Shown here piece by piece: positions 1-9,621 of a stretch of DNA of 32,000 nucleotides (positions within the stretch are counted from its first letter, which is position 1; each line of letters opens with the position of its first letter). Both the position numbers and the translations under genes were made by a program. This stretch comes from Demequinaceae bacterium. GTDB taxonomy: Bacteria > Actinomycetota > Actinomycetes > Actinomycetales > Demequinaceae. The notes under the pieces are model-generated. The model was not told the DNA's origin and made no database searches. It saw only the letters and a program-made list of their open reading frames with translations. The stretch lies in NCBI GenBank assembly GCA_965250005.1, contig OZ252279.1, forward strand, positions 60,001 through 92,000, written 5' to 3'.

Positions 1-174
1 CGTAAACACCGCGAAACTGGCCACCAGACCCGTTACCACCAGCACCGGGCGTCTCCGAGACGTCGCGCCATCCTGCACGCTTGACGTGAGGATTGCCGGG
101 AGCACAGGCAACACGCAAGGGGATACTGCGGTGATGATTCCGGACACGAGCCCAACAACGATGAGAGTGGTCAC
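1..174 (-). CDS. CcdA/DsbD-like cytochrome c biogenesis membrane protein, N-terminal fragment (runs off window start)
   Basis: Minus-strand frame from GTG at 174 reads VTTLIVVGLVSGIITAVSPCVLPVLPAILTSSVQDGATSRRRPVLVVTGLVASFAVFT; the SPCVLPVLP motif plus hydrophobic segments is typical of CcdA/DsbD. Not in the ORF track because it is open at the window edge. Start codon uncertain (an in-frame TTG lies just upstream). Confidence 0.75.
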   Translation of the reverse strand, partial: MTTLIVVGLVSGIITAVSPCVLPVLPAILTSSVQDGATSRRRPVLVVTGLVASFAVFT

Positions 175-241
175 GTCTTTATCTTCGCGCTCCAACGCCG
201 GGTGGATTGCTCCGGCGCCTCAATGGGTCGCTACCATCCGG

Positions 242-1531
242 CTACGCGTCCCGGGCGATGGGAGCAGTCATACAGTGGGCACCTCCCCGGCCGCGGCCCA
301 GTTCTGCGCCTGGGATCTCAATCACTTCGATGCCAGCAGCCCTCAATGCCGCATTGGTGTATGTGTTGCGGTCGTACGCGATGACGACACCCGGTTCGAG
401 GACAAACACGTTGTTGCCAGCGTCCCACTGCTCGCGCGCGGCGGTAGCCGGACTGCTACTTGCTGCGGGCCCGCCGGTCTCAACGACACGCAGTTTCTTC
501 ATGCCGAGCGCCTCGGCCACGACGCCGGCGAGCGGGCGACCCTCCGGCGTCTCCTCGATGCCTCCAGTATCCGTGGGCCGCAGGGAGAACGGTTCGATGG
601 CGTCCACGATGGGCGCGTAAGCGGTCGCGAGGTCACGGTCCGCGAGCGTGAACACCATGTCGAGATGCATGGCGGACCGCAGGCGCGGCAGGGGCGCGAC
701 GATCATGCGGGTGGCGGCGCCCGCGGCGAATAGCGCCGCTGCGGCCGACCTGGCGCCATGGAGACTGGTCCGTTCGGACGTGCCTATCAGCACAACGCCG
801 TCGCCCAGTACGAGCAGGTCACCACCCTCGAGAGTCACGGCGCCGGACAAGCCGTCGGCTCCCAATCCGGCCTCGCCCGCTGCCTGGCCAGTCTCGTGCC
901 CGGGCGCGTCCGCCTCGCTGCTACGCCACCATTCCTGTAGGCCGCCAGCAAGTCCCGGGTGGTACCGGTAGATGGCTGCCATCAGCGAAGACTCAGGCTG
1001 GCGCGCGGCGAAGTGGAATCTGTTGAGCATGATGCCGCCGTAGATCCAAGACGCGATATCGCGCGGGTACAGTGCATTGGGCAGCGGCGGAAGCACAAAC
1101 GGGTCCTTTGGGCGGCGTGCTGCGCGCAGGTCGCCAGGCAGTTCCGCCGTCGCTAGCCCGCCGACTACGTGGCGCGCAAGGGTGGCGGCGGGCATCTCGG
1201 TCAGAAACGCGCGAAGTTCGTCAGTGTCAGTGTCAGCAAGCGCACGGTCGAGCACCCGGGCGCGGGCGTTTGCGACCGCGAGGGTCTCCGCCAGAACGTC
1301 TTCGAACTCGAGCACCGCAATCCTGCGTTCGCGCATCGCGCCAACGAACGCCGCGTGATCTTTCCGCGCGCGATCCACCCAGAGGACGTCGTCGAACAGC
1401 AGGCTTTCGCAGTTGGCGGGAGTGAGGCGTTCGTGTGCCAGACCCGGCGCATTCACGAGCACGGTCCGCAGGCGCCCGACCTCGCTGTGCACGCCGAATT
1501 CGTGTGTGCCAACCCGCTCCGCTAAGGGCAC
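242..1531 (-). CDS. arcA: Arginine deiminase
   Basis: 429 aa ORF; [20 protein letters not shown]-terminus, ENxLF-like [51 protein letters not shown], and C-terminal [17 protein letters not shown] with the catalytic Cys region. Confidence 0.95.
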   Translation of the reverse strand: MPLAERVGTHEFGVHSEVGRLRTVLVNAPGLAHERLTPANCESLLFDDVLWVDRARKDHAAFVGAMRERRIAVLEFEDVLAETLAVANARARVLDRALADTDTDELRAFLTEMPAATLARHVVGGLATAELPGDLRAARRPKDPFVLPPLPNALYPRDIASWIYGGIMLNRFHFAARQPESSLMAAIYRYHPGLAGGLQEWWRSSEADAPGHETGQAAGEAGLGADGLSGAVTLEGGDLLVLGDGVVLIGTSERTSLHGARSAAAALFAAGAATRMIVAPLPRLRSAMHLDMVFTLADRDLATAYAPIVDAIEPFSLRPTDTGGIEETPEGRPLAGVVAEALGMKKLRVVETGGPAASSSPATAAREQWDAGNNVFVLEPGVVIAYDRNTYTNAALRAAGIEVIEIPGAELGRGRGGAHCMTAPIARDA

Positions 1532-1606
1532 TGGCGCCTCCTCTCGACCTGTGCCGCGAGGGTATCATCGCCCGGCGCGTTCGCTGCAATGGCGACGCGG
1601 CTACAT

Positions 1607-3091
1607 CTAGCCAGCACCGTTGGGTGCCATTGCGTCGACGAGGTCGTTGACGCCAACCGAGGCAACCCTGACTCGACTGTCGCCAACGCCGTAGGGGATC
1701 CACAGCAGGTCGTCGTGCACAATCCCGCCGCATGAGTAGACAACATTCGGTACGTACCCTTCGCGGTCGCCGTCACCGTCAGGCTTGAGCAGCGGCTGCT
1801 TAAGGGACGCAATAACACGAGACGGATCGTCAAGGTCGAGCAGAATCGCGCCGATGGAGTAGCGGCGCATCGGTCCCACGCCGTGTGTCAGAACCAGCCA
1901 GCCGTGCTCAGTTTCTATCGGTGAGCCGCAGTTGCCCGTCTGGATGATCTCCCACAGCATCGTTGGGACGCGAAGTGGCTGAGGCTCGTCCCAGACGCGG
2001 CCGTGCAGTGACCGTGAGATGCCAAGGGACTCGCCGTCCGACCGCGTAAGGGCGAGCAACTCTCCCCCGACATGCCGTGGGAACAGTGCCATGCCCTTGT
2101 TCTTCGCGGCCGCTCCGGTGAAACGGTGGAGCTCAAACGTCACGAGGTCAGGGGAAACGATAAGGCGTGGAGATATGGCTCTGCCGTCGTAAGCGGTGTA
2201 GGTCGCCCGGTAAGCTGTTGTGCCGTCGGGGTACGTGCACAGCGTGAACCTTGCGTCCTCCATCCCGTTGATCTCGTCGTCGGCAAAGGGCATGAGCACC
2301 CGTTGCGACAACTCGCTGTCCGCTGGAAACGTCGCCTTGTACGCCGCTGACGCCAGGGCGCGCAGCCGGTCCAGGTGGCGGGCCGCGTCGTAGCGGTGCA
2401 GGAGCTCATGGGGCAAGTCACCAATGGCCCTCTCGAGATCACTTGCCTGGAAGAGTTCGGGCAGGGCACGCGCGACGGCGTGCGTGATCTCGCTCATTTT
2501 GCCACCCAGCTCCGCCTTCAGGGTGTGCATGAAGTGGTCCCGCACCCAGTGGGCGTTGCCGATGAGTGGCATCACTAACGGCAGGCGGCGCTCGCCGAAC
2601 TGCCACAGTGGTCCCGGCCCGATGACGGCGGAGATGAACTCCACCGACGAAATGTGGCCCTCGCCGATGCCCCTGAGCGCCACGGCGACGCGCAACTGCC
2701 CGGGCTCAAGGTCGGACTGGTCGGGGTGAGGGACGGCGCTCGGATTGCACAGCGCCGCGCCCTCGACGGCGTACTCCCTGGTGAATGCTGCGCCCATGAC
2801 TAGCTTGCGCGCGCTACTGAGAGTGAGCGCCTCTTCGCGATGGTAGGCGATGCTGTCCGCGTGACGGTGAAGTGCATCCGTGAAGTGGTCAACGCCGCCT
2901 GTGAACGAATCCACGATGTGCTTTGCCTCGGCCTCGGCCTCAGGTTCGGAGAGGGCGAGCACCCGTTCCGCGATCTCGGAGACACGGGAGACACCCTCGT
3001 GGGTTTCCTCGCCTGGCAGGAACAACCGCAGCGCGATGCGTGTCGTGTCAGGGACGAGAAGCTGCCCGGAGTCGCTTGTGTGAACGGTCAT
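1607..3091 (-). CDS. Glycoside hydrolase/phosphorylase of GH130 type (beta-mannoside phosphorylase-like)
   Basis: 494 aa ORF with GEGHISSVEFISAVI, NPSAVPHPDQSD, HGVGPMRRYSIGAILLDLDDPSRVI, NVVYSCGGIVHDDLLWIPYGVGDSRVRVASV, characteristic of five-bladed GH130 proteins. Confidence 0.85.
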   Translation of the reverse strand: MTVHTSDSGQLLVPDTTRIALRLFLPGEETHEGVSRVSEIAERVLALSEPEAEAEAKHIVDSFTGGVDHFTDALHRHADSIAYHREEALTLSSARKLVMGAAFTREYAVEGAALCNPSAVPHPDQSDLEPGQLRVAVALRGIGEGHISSVEFISAVIGPGPLWQFGERRLPLVMPLIGNAHWVRDHFMHTLKAELGGKMSEITHAVARALPELFQASDLERAIGDLPHELLHRYDAARHLDRLRALASAAYKATFPADSELSQRVLMPFADDEINGMEDARFTLCTYPDGTTAYRATYTAYDGRAISPRLIVSPDLVTFELHRFTGAAAKNKGMALFPRHVGGELLALTRSDGESLGISRSLHGRVWDEPQPLRVPTMLWEIIQTGNCGSPIETEHGWLVLTHGVGPMRRYSIGAILLDLDDPSRVIASLKQPLLKPDGDGDREGYVPNVVYSCGGIVHDDLLWIPYGVGDSRVRVASVGVNDLVDAMAPNGAG

Positions 3092-4182
3092 GGTGCGGTC
3101 CTCGCTATGCCAATGCGGCGCGCGTGCTGGCGGGTGGTGAGCGCGGCAAGTGTGGATTCAGCCCCGCAGTTGGTATTCGGCCCGGTGGGGGTGAGGCCGT
3201 CGAAGCCAGCGCCGGTGGAGGTGTTCACCATGGGCGTGGAGGAGTCGTTGTGGCCAAGGAACCAGTCCCACGCAAGGCCGACGGCATCCCGCCAGCGGGC
3301 CTCGCCCGTCACCGCGAACGCGCGCGCGCACGCGCTCGCCAGAGACTCGACCTCGATGGGCTGCTGGTCGAACTGGGGGCTCGCGTGGCCGGGATCCCGG
3401 CCGTTGCAGCCGGTGACCGACAGGCGGCCGTCGGCGGTCTCCACCTCGAGGAGAAAATCTAGTAAGTACACTCCGTGCTCGACCGCAAGCGCGTTACCTG
3501 TGGCGGTGCCGCCCGCGATGAGCGCCTCCGGGATCGCGCCGTTCGCGTAGCGAAGCCGGGCTTCGGGCCACGGCCAATCGGGCGTGCGGACACGTGGAAC
3601 GATGGAGGTGGCTTGCGCTGCGATGTACCTGGCGGCCATCGTGGTCGAGTAAGCAGCGACCGCTTCTGCAGCGCCGATGCTGGCGTACATTTGCGCGCGG
3701 AGGTCGGCCGTTTTCCAACGTGCGGCGCGCTTGAACGCGTGGAGCGCGCGCACCCGCGCGGCGCTGCCGTGAGCGTGGGCGGCGGCAACACCTAGCCCGT
3801 AGACGGCCCTACCCCACCAGTCGCCGCCGGCGGGGACGTCGGTCCAACTTCCGCGCGGACTCATCCTGTTGTGCGCGCTCCCGTCGCCACGGATTGCGGA
3901 TGCCACGAACGTCAGGTACGTGTCCGTGAGCGCCTTCAACTGGCTGACTACTTTGGGGTCTGTCTTGCCTCTTGCCGTGCCGTCCGCCGTGCCGTCGTTC
4001 GCACCGGTGATGTCGGCGCACTCGCGCACCGTGTAGACGAGCGCACGAGCAGCGTCGTCTACGCAGTAACCGTGCGATTTGTTCGGTCGTGTACCGATTG
4101 CGTGCTCAAAGATTCCCCGGCTGTCGGTGAGCCGGGTCAGGTGATCGAGGGGGAGTTCTGCCATCCTTAGTGCGGCGTCCAC
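3088..4182 (-). CDS. Predicted helical (alpha/alpha barrel-like) carbohydrate-associated protein, function unknown
   Basis: 364 aa ORF beginning at GTG 4182; DHLTRLTDSRGIFEHA, YCVDDAARALVYTVREC, GDWWGRAVYGLGVAA. Overlaps both neighbours, consistent with one operon. Confidence 0.6.
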   Translation of the reverse strand: MDAALRMAELPLDHLTRLTDSRGIFEHAIGTRPNKSHGYCVDDAARALVYTVRECADITGANDGTADGTARGKTDPKVVSQLKALTDTYLTFVASAIRGDGSAHNRMSPRGSWTDVPAGGDWWGRAVYGLGVAAAHAHGSAARVRALHAFKRAARWKTADLRAQMYASIGAAEAVAAYSTTMAARYIAAQATSIVPRVRTPDWPWPEARLRYANGAIPEALIAGGTATGNALAVEHGVYLLDFLLEVETADGRLSVTGCNGRDPGHASPQFDQQPIEVESLASACARAFAVTGEARWRDAVGLAWDWFLGHNDSSTPMVNTSTGAGFDGLTPTGPNTNCGAESTLAALTTRQHARRIGIARTAP

Positions 4183-5348
4183 TAGGCCACCACGTGTGCT
4201 GTCAAAGTCTGCGCGAGCTTTCGGTAGCGTTCACCCACACGAGTCCACCGAGTGTGCTGTGCACCGAGAGTCCCCGCGCGGGCCATGCGTTCAGCGGTTC
4301 CCGGCCCCGTGAGAACCTCCCGTATTGCCCGGCTCATCGCGCTCGCGTCCCGATGGGGGACCACTATGCCCGCGCCAGATTCGAGCAGCTCGATCGCGTG
4401 TGGGAAGCCAGTCGCGACAACTGGTTTGCCGGCCGCGACGGCTTCCGCCAAGACTCCCGACGTCACCTGGTTGGTCGAGTCGTAGGGGAGGAGCACCACG
4501 GCTGCTCCGTTCACGGCGCGGGCGAGCGCCTCGCTATCCAAGTACGTGTCGTCGATATGGATGTGGCTGACCAGGCCGAGTGTGTGCACCATTTGGTGGA
4601 GGTGATGGCGGTAGGCGTCGCCGTCATTCGCGAGCACCTTGGGGTGGGTTTCTCCCAACACCCGGTAGATCGGCCGTGGCTCGATGTCGCCCAGGCTAGC
4701 CATGGCGAGGATGCCCCATTCGATCCCCTTGCCGGGACCGAGCAGGCCCCACGTCAGCACTACTGGCGCCGACGGCTCGTCGGTTGCTGCTGCGCGCGTG
4801 GTCTTCGTGCCGGACACCGCCGCCACGGTGGTAGCGCCGTGGGGAATGACGCGGACGTGGTGGGAGCCCACGCCGTAGAGGTCTGTCAGCAAGTGCCGGG
4901 CAGCGTTGGTCATCACCACGGTCGCCGACGCGAGACTCGTCAATTGCTCGAGAACTTCGCGTTGGTGCGCCGAAGGATCAGCTAGCACCGTGTGCATGGT
5001 GACGATGGCCGGCACGTCCAGACGCCGGATAACGTCAACGACCTCATCCCCGTCCGGGCCACCGTAGATTCCGTATTCGTGCTGTATCACTGCGACGTCG
5101 GCCGTGTTGAGGGCGGTGATCGCGTGGTCTCGGCTGCGTGCGTCGCCTCGGCGCATCGACGCGACGACCGGAAGGGTGGGGTCACCGGCCGTGCGCTCCT
5201 CGTCCTGCTCTACCAAGCGGACGATGAACGAGTGGTCCCGGGGGGTAGTCATGGACGTTGCGAGCGCGGCCGTGAAGGTCGCAATGCCGCATCGTGTTGG
5301 CGGAAATGTGCCAAGGAACCCGAATCGCGCCATCGCAGTACCTCCCAA
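4182..5348 (-). CDS. Glycosyltransferase family 4 (GT-B) protein
   Basis: 388 aa ORF; MARFGFLGTFPPTRCGIATFTAAL, LTWGLLGPGKGIEWGILAM, VLLPYDSTNQVTSGVLAEAVAAGKPVVATGFPHAIELLESGAGIVV. Confidence 0.9.
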   Translation of the reverse strand: MGGTAMARFGFLGTFPPTRCGIATFTAALATSMTTPRDHSFIVRLVEQDEERTAGDPTLPVVASMRRGDARSRDHAITALNTADVAVIQHEYGIYGGPDGDEVVDVIRRLDVPAIVTMHTVLADPSAHQREVLEQLTSLASATVVMTNAARHLLTDLYGVGSHHVRVIPHGATTVAAVSGTKTTRAAATDEPSAPVVLTWGLLGPGKGIEWGILAMASLGDIEPRPIYRVLGETHPKVLANDGDAYRHHLHQMVHTLGLVSHIHIDDTYLDSEALARAVNGAAVVLLPYDSTNQVTSGVLAEAVAAGKPVVATGFPHAIELLESGAGIVVPHRDASAMSRAIREVLTGPGTAERMARAGTLGAQHTRWTRVGERYRKLAQTLTAHVVA

Positions 5349-5525
5349 TGCTGGGGAACGCCCCAGTGCACTTGGCCAGCGGGGAGAATCCCGCTCGCCA
5401 AGTCGCGCTCCGCGTGTGCAGCGCGATAGATGCGCTTCGCTTTCGAGTCTAGACTCCAGCCGCCGCCGGCGCGACCGGAACTACGACCGGAACCGGGGCC
5501 CCGAGTAGCGTGTGCCGCGCGGCAG

Positions 5526-6323
5526 CTAGACCGAGACCGTCTCTCCCAGAGGGGCAACAATTCGCGTCGCGGCGACGGGAGGCTGGGCGAACGCGCGGGC
5601 TATGTCCGGCTCCGACTCCTTGAAGTGGCTCCAGCCGTCTGAGTGAACCACAAGCGTCTTGGGAAGCCCAAGTGTCGCGACGGCCCGAGCCACCTGGATG
5701 GCCGTCATGCAAAACGGGATAGGGCCGGTGGCGCCAAAGCGCGGGTTGCCCGCGTGCATGATGGCGACGTTGACGGAGAAGCGCTCCGCCACCTGCCTGG
5801 TCGCCTTGGATGAGACGTTATCGCCGCTGACATACAGCGTCGGGTGGCCGGGCGCTTGAAGAACGAAGCCAGTGACTGGCCCCGTGATGAGCGCCACCGG
5901 TCCGTGCGCGTGGCGAGCAGGGGCAGCAGTGACGGTGACGGTGACCCCGCCAGGCGCGTCGAGCGTGGTGGTTTCCCATGTAGCGAGCCCTACCGAGCCG
6001 GGCAGGTGCTTGGCGGCCGAGGGATTGGTGACGACTTTGCCGGCGCCGTCGGCGATCAGGCTCTTGGCTAGGGCGCGGCCAGCCTTGTCGAAGTTGTCCG
6101 CATGGGTGTCGTGGGACACGAGCACCGCGTGGACGTCGCCTAGGGCGTCGGCGGCGATCGCGGTCTCGGTGGTTTTGCTCACCGGGAGCAGTCCGCTGAC
6201 TTTGTACTTGCTGCCAGCCGGATCGAACGCGGGATCGCTTACGATGCGCAGCCCGGCGTAGTCGACGACGACCGTGGGGCCACCCAGGTGGGTGAGGGCT
6301 ACCTGCAGTTTCTTTGAGGGCAT
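5526..6323 (-). CDS. MBL-fold metal-dependent hydrolase
   Basis: Start chosen at internal ATG 6323 (MPSKKLQVALTHLGGPTVVVDY); contains VLVSHDTHADNFD (HxHxD-like), hydrophobic beta-rich core and C-terminal VVHSDGWSHFKE. The upstream 23 codons of the listed ORF look non-coding. Confidence 0.8.
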   Translation of the reverse strand: MPSKKLQVALTHLGGPTVVVDYAGLRIVSDPAFDPAGSKYKVSGLLPVSKTTETAIAADALGDVHAVLVSHDTHADNFDKAGRALAKSLIADGAGKVVTNPSAAKHLPGSVGLATWETTTLDAPGGVTVTVTAAPARHAHGPVALITGPVTGFVLQAPGHPTLYVSGDNVSSKATRQVAERFSVNVAIMHAGNPRFGATGPIPFCMTAIQVARAVATLGLPKTLVVHSDGWSHFKESEPDIARAFAQPPVAATRIVAPLGETVSV

Positions 6324-6425
6324 GCGAAGGATTCTACTGGCACCGCTGCCGCCAGTGTGGGTGCCCCAATAAGATGTGGCACCGCTAAGCATGCGCCTTG
6401 CCCTCGCTGACGATAGCGTTGTTAT

Positions 6426-6830
6426 ATGGGACTTTTCAGCCGAAGTGGACGTGGCCGACGCTCTAAGGAATCAGCAAAGTTCGAGCGCTCGAGGCTCGAC
6501 GGGATCCGCTATAAGGAGATGGAGGTGGTGGCCGCTTTGCAGGGCATGGGCGCGGATATCCACGCCCCTCGGCACGTGATGTTCTTCCTGCACATGCCGA
6601 CTGAGGCCGCGAGTCAGGTGTGCGTGGCCAACCTTAGCGCGCGTGGGCATCAGGTGCGAACCATCGTGCCCGAGGGCAGGGTCAGGTACTGGACGTGCGT
6701 CGCGGAGACCCGCAACCGGGCGATCATTCCTGACTTCCTGCGCGACACCGTGGACTACTGCGAGGCGTTGGCGCTAGAGCATGGCGGCGAGTTCAACGGC
6801 TGGGAGGCGGGCCTGGCCGCTGATGAGTAG
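6426..6830 (+). CDS. RraB-like (regulator of ribonuclease E activity B) family protein
   Basis: 134 aa ORF: IRYKEMEVVAALQGMGADIHAPRHVMFFLHMPTEAASQVCVANLSARGHQVRTIVPEGRVRYWTCVAETR matches the RraB-type domain layout. Confidence 0.65.
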   Translation: MGLFSRSGRGRRSKESAKFERSRLDGIRYKEMEVVAALQGMGADIHAPRHVMFFLHMPTEAASQVCVANLSARGHQVRTIVPEGRVRYWTCVAETRNRAIIPDFLRDTVDYCEALALEHGGEFNGWEAGLAADE

Positions 6831-6881
6831 GCCGCCAGCCACGCGAACAGTTCGGCCTAGGTACTCACGATTGCGGCCTAG

Positions 6882-8309
6882 CTACGCACGGTTGCGAATC
6901 CCCGCCCACGAGACGGCCCCGGCTGCCACCAGCGCGACCGCCGTGACTACTGCAGCTCGGTGGAACCCGTCCAGATCCAGTTGCCCGCCAACGATGCTGC
7001 CCACGAGCGCGACCACCACCAGGCCAGCGACGCGTGACACGGCGTTGTTGATGGCCGATGCGATGCCGGATCGGGCCGTGTTGATCGCGCCTAGGATCGC
7101 CGACGTCAGTGGCGAAACCGTGAGCGCCATGCCTACGCCCACCAGCAGCACGCCGGGGAACACCTGGGTCCAGTAGTTGAAGTCCTCGGCCACGCTCAGC
7201 GTGAGCAGCACGCCCGCGGCGGCCACGATGGGCCCTACCGTCATGAAAATGCGCGGTCCGAAGCGTCTCGCCAACGCGCCCACCGGGGAGCTCAGCATGA
7301 TCAGCATGACGACGATCGGCAAAGTCGCGAGTCCGGCATCAACCGCGCTTAGGCCCGCGCCCTCCTGCAGGTATACGGCCATGACGAACGACACCAGTGA
7401 GAGCCCGCCGTATACGAGTGCGGTCGCCACGTTGCCCCAGCCAAAGTTGCGGATGCGGAATAGGCCTAGCGGCATCATCGGGTGTGCGGCGCGGGCTTGG
7501 TGGACAAGGAACGCGATGATCGCGGCCACGCCGATCGCACCGGGGATCCAGATGGTGGGGTCGCTCGCGCCGTGCGTTGGCAGCTCGATGAGCGCGTACA
7601 CGGCGCCGCCCAGGCCTACGGCGCCGAGTACGGCACCCAAGAAGTCGATGCGCGTATCGGCCAGGCGAGTGTCGCGCTGGGTGAGGCGCGGGAGCAGCCA
7701 GATCACGGCCGCGGCGGGAATCAGGTTGATCACGAACGCCCATCGCCAAGACGCATGTTCCACAAACAGTCCGCCCAGAATCGGGCCGAATACGAACGCG
7801 GCCGAGGTGATTGCGGTCCACGTGCCGATGGCCTTCGCCTGGGCGGCGCCGCGGAAACTCGACATGATCAGGGCGAGCGAGCTGGGAACTAGCAGGGCGC
7901 CCGCGGCGCCCTGGAGCAGCCGCGCCACGATCAGCAGTGGCGCCGACGGCGCGACCGCCACCGCGAGGCTGGCGAGCCCGAACGCGATGGCGCCGATGCG
8001 CAGCACCCGGATGCGCCCGTACACGTCGCTCACGGACCCCGCGACCAGGATGAGCGCGCCCAAGGTAATGAGGTACGCGTCCACCACCCATTGCTGCAGG
8101 GCGATGCCGCCGCCCAGCTCGTCGGCGATCGCCGGCAGCGTCACATTCACCACGGTGCCGTCGAGGAATGTGACGAACGAGGCCACGATCGCGATGATGA
8201 GGACGAGGCGCTGCTCGCGGGTGGGGGAGCGCTTTGTGGGCGGCTCGGTTGCGGGCTTCTCTTCCGGTCCGGACTTGGGCGCGGCGGATTCCGTGGGCGA
8301 GGGCATCAC
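6882..8309 (-). CDS. MFS transporter, DHA2/EmrB-QacA type (14 TM)
   Basis: 475 aa hydrophobic ORF; FVTFLDGTVVNVTLPAIADELGGGIALQQWVVDAYLITLGALILVAGSVSDVYGRIRV. Confidence 0.92.
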   Translation of the reverse strand: MMPSPTESAAPKSGPEEKPATEPPTKRSPTREQRLVLIIAIVASFVTFLDGTVVNVTLPAIADELGGGIALQQWVVDAYLITLGALILVAGSVSDVYGRIRVLRIGAIAFGLASLAVAVAPSAPLLIVARLLQGAAGALLVPSSLALIMSSFRGAAQAKAIGTWTAITSAAFVFGPILGGLFVEHASWRWAFVINLIPAAAVIWLLPRLTQRDTRLADTRIDFLGAVLGAVGLGGAVYALIELPTHGASDPTIWIPGAIGVAAIIAFLVHQARAAHPMMPLGLFRIRNFGWGNVATALVYGGLSLVSFVMAVYLQEGAGLSAVDAGLATLPIVVMLIMLSSPVGALARRFGPRIFMTVGPIVAAAGVLLTLSVAEDFNYWTQVFPGVLLVGVGMALTVSPLTSAILGAINTARSGIASAINNAVSRVAGLVVVALVGSIVGGQLDLDGFHRAAVVTAVALVAAGAVSWAGIRNRA

Positions 8310-8595
8310 GTCAGGTTACGTCGGAAGTGAGGATCGGTAGTCCCGCTCATGGCCGTCTGGTTTCCACTGGGGCCTCGAATGGGAGCATGCAGAAAGGTGG
8401 AGGCGATGGGCTCTGCGGGACGCGATGCCTAGGACGAAAAACGGGGCGCGTTGGCCGGGGCGCGCGGTGCGGGGATGGGCCCTCTTTCGGGACGGCCACG
8501 CGGCCGTCGTCAGCGTGCACGGACAAGTCGGCTAGCGGGCACGGAACTCAGGGCGGCCCACCCAACGCTCGCGCTCCGCTATGCGTCTACCTAGT

Positions 8596-9537
8596 ATGAA
8601 CACTATGAACACTATGAACACAGGTATTGACACCGCCCCGCGCCGCACCCGCCGCGCCGCCGTTATCGCCTCACTAGTCGCCGTTGCGGGAGTGCTGGCA
8701 GGTTGCTCCGCGGGCAGCGGCGATTATGCAGACGCCAACTATGCAGACTTGGCAGGCGGCGCGGCCTACGCCGATGAGGCGGCCGCCGAGGTCGCCGACG
8801 TCAACCGTTCATCGACCGACAACCGCTCCGTGATCATCACGGGCACCATGTATATGACCGTCGAGGACCCGATCGTGGCAGCCGACCGCGCAGCGGGCAT
8901 CGTTCAGAACGCGGGCGGACGCATCGACGCACGCAGCGAGACCGCGCCCGATGAGCATTACGCCGGCTCGGCCTCGCTCACGCTGCGGATCCCCTCGGAC
9001 CACCTCGACGCGGTGGTCAACAGCCTGCGCAAGCTGGGCACGGTGGACCAGTTCAGCACCGACTCCTACGACGTCACGGTCGAGGTGACAGACCTCGAGG
9101 CCAAGATTTCGACGCTGCGCGCCTCGACCGAACGCATCGAGGCCCTGCTGCTGGAAGCCAAAGATATTTCCGACATCATCACGCTCGAAAACGAGTTGGA
9201 CGGCCGACAAGCGGAGCTCCAGAGTCTCGAGGCGCGGCAGCGAGGCCTCAACGACCAAGTGTCGATGTCCACGATCGGCCTTTCGCTCACTACCGAGCCG
9301 GTCGTGATCATCGACGACGCGCCTGAGACGTTCTGGGACGCCCTAGAGTCCGGCTGGGACTCGCTCGTGGCATTCCTCTCGGGTGCGCTGATCATTGTCG
9401 GGGTGCTACTGCCCTCGATCGCACTGATCGCACTCGTCACGGCCGCGGTGGTCGCCGCGCTCCGCGCCAAGAAGTCCAGTGTCGCTCGCCGAGCCGCCGC
9501 GTCGGCCCCCAAGCCCGCCACCAGCAAGGGCAAGTGA
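8596..9537 (+). CDS. DUF4349-type membrane-anchored lipoprotein
   Basis: Lipobox VLAGCSAGSG, coiled-coil middle with VEVTDLEAKISTLRASTERIEALLLEAKDISDIITLENELDGRQAELQSLEARQRGLNDQV, C-terminal TM helix. Start ambiguous among ATGs at 8581, 8596, 8605 and 8614. Confidence 0.85.
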   Translation: MNTMNTMNTGIDTAPRRTRRAAVIASLVAVAGVLAGCSAGSGDYADANYADLAGGAAYADEAAAEVADVNRSSTDNRSVIITGTMYMTVEDPIVAADRAAGIVQNAGGRIDARSETAPDEHYAGSASLTLRIPSDHLDAVVNSLRKLGTVDQFSTDSYDVTVEVTDLEAKISTLRASTERIEALLLEAKDISDIITLENELDGRQAELQSLEARQRGLNDQVSMSTIGLSLTTEPVVIIDDAPETFWDALESGWDSLVAFLSGALIIVGVLLPSIALIALVTAAVVAALRAKKSSVARRAAASAPKPATSKGK

Positions 9538-9621
9538 CCGCCGCCAGTAGTTTTACTTTGCGCGCGAGTACTGGGAGCACGGCACACGCATGCGCCCTCT
9601 GCCCCCTATTGAGGAAAGTGA

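Noticed and set aside
1-174. Suspected frameshift in the CcdA-like SPCVLPVLP region
   Set aside because: Recounting the run as four G on the plus strand (caaggggatac) keeps one continuous frame; no frameshift.
86-733. 215-aa and 137-aa plus-strand ORFs over arcA and the CcdA-like fragment
   Set aside because: Antisense to well-supported genes; Arg/His/Pro-rich composition, no family resemblance.
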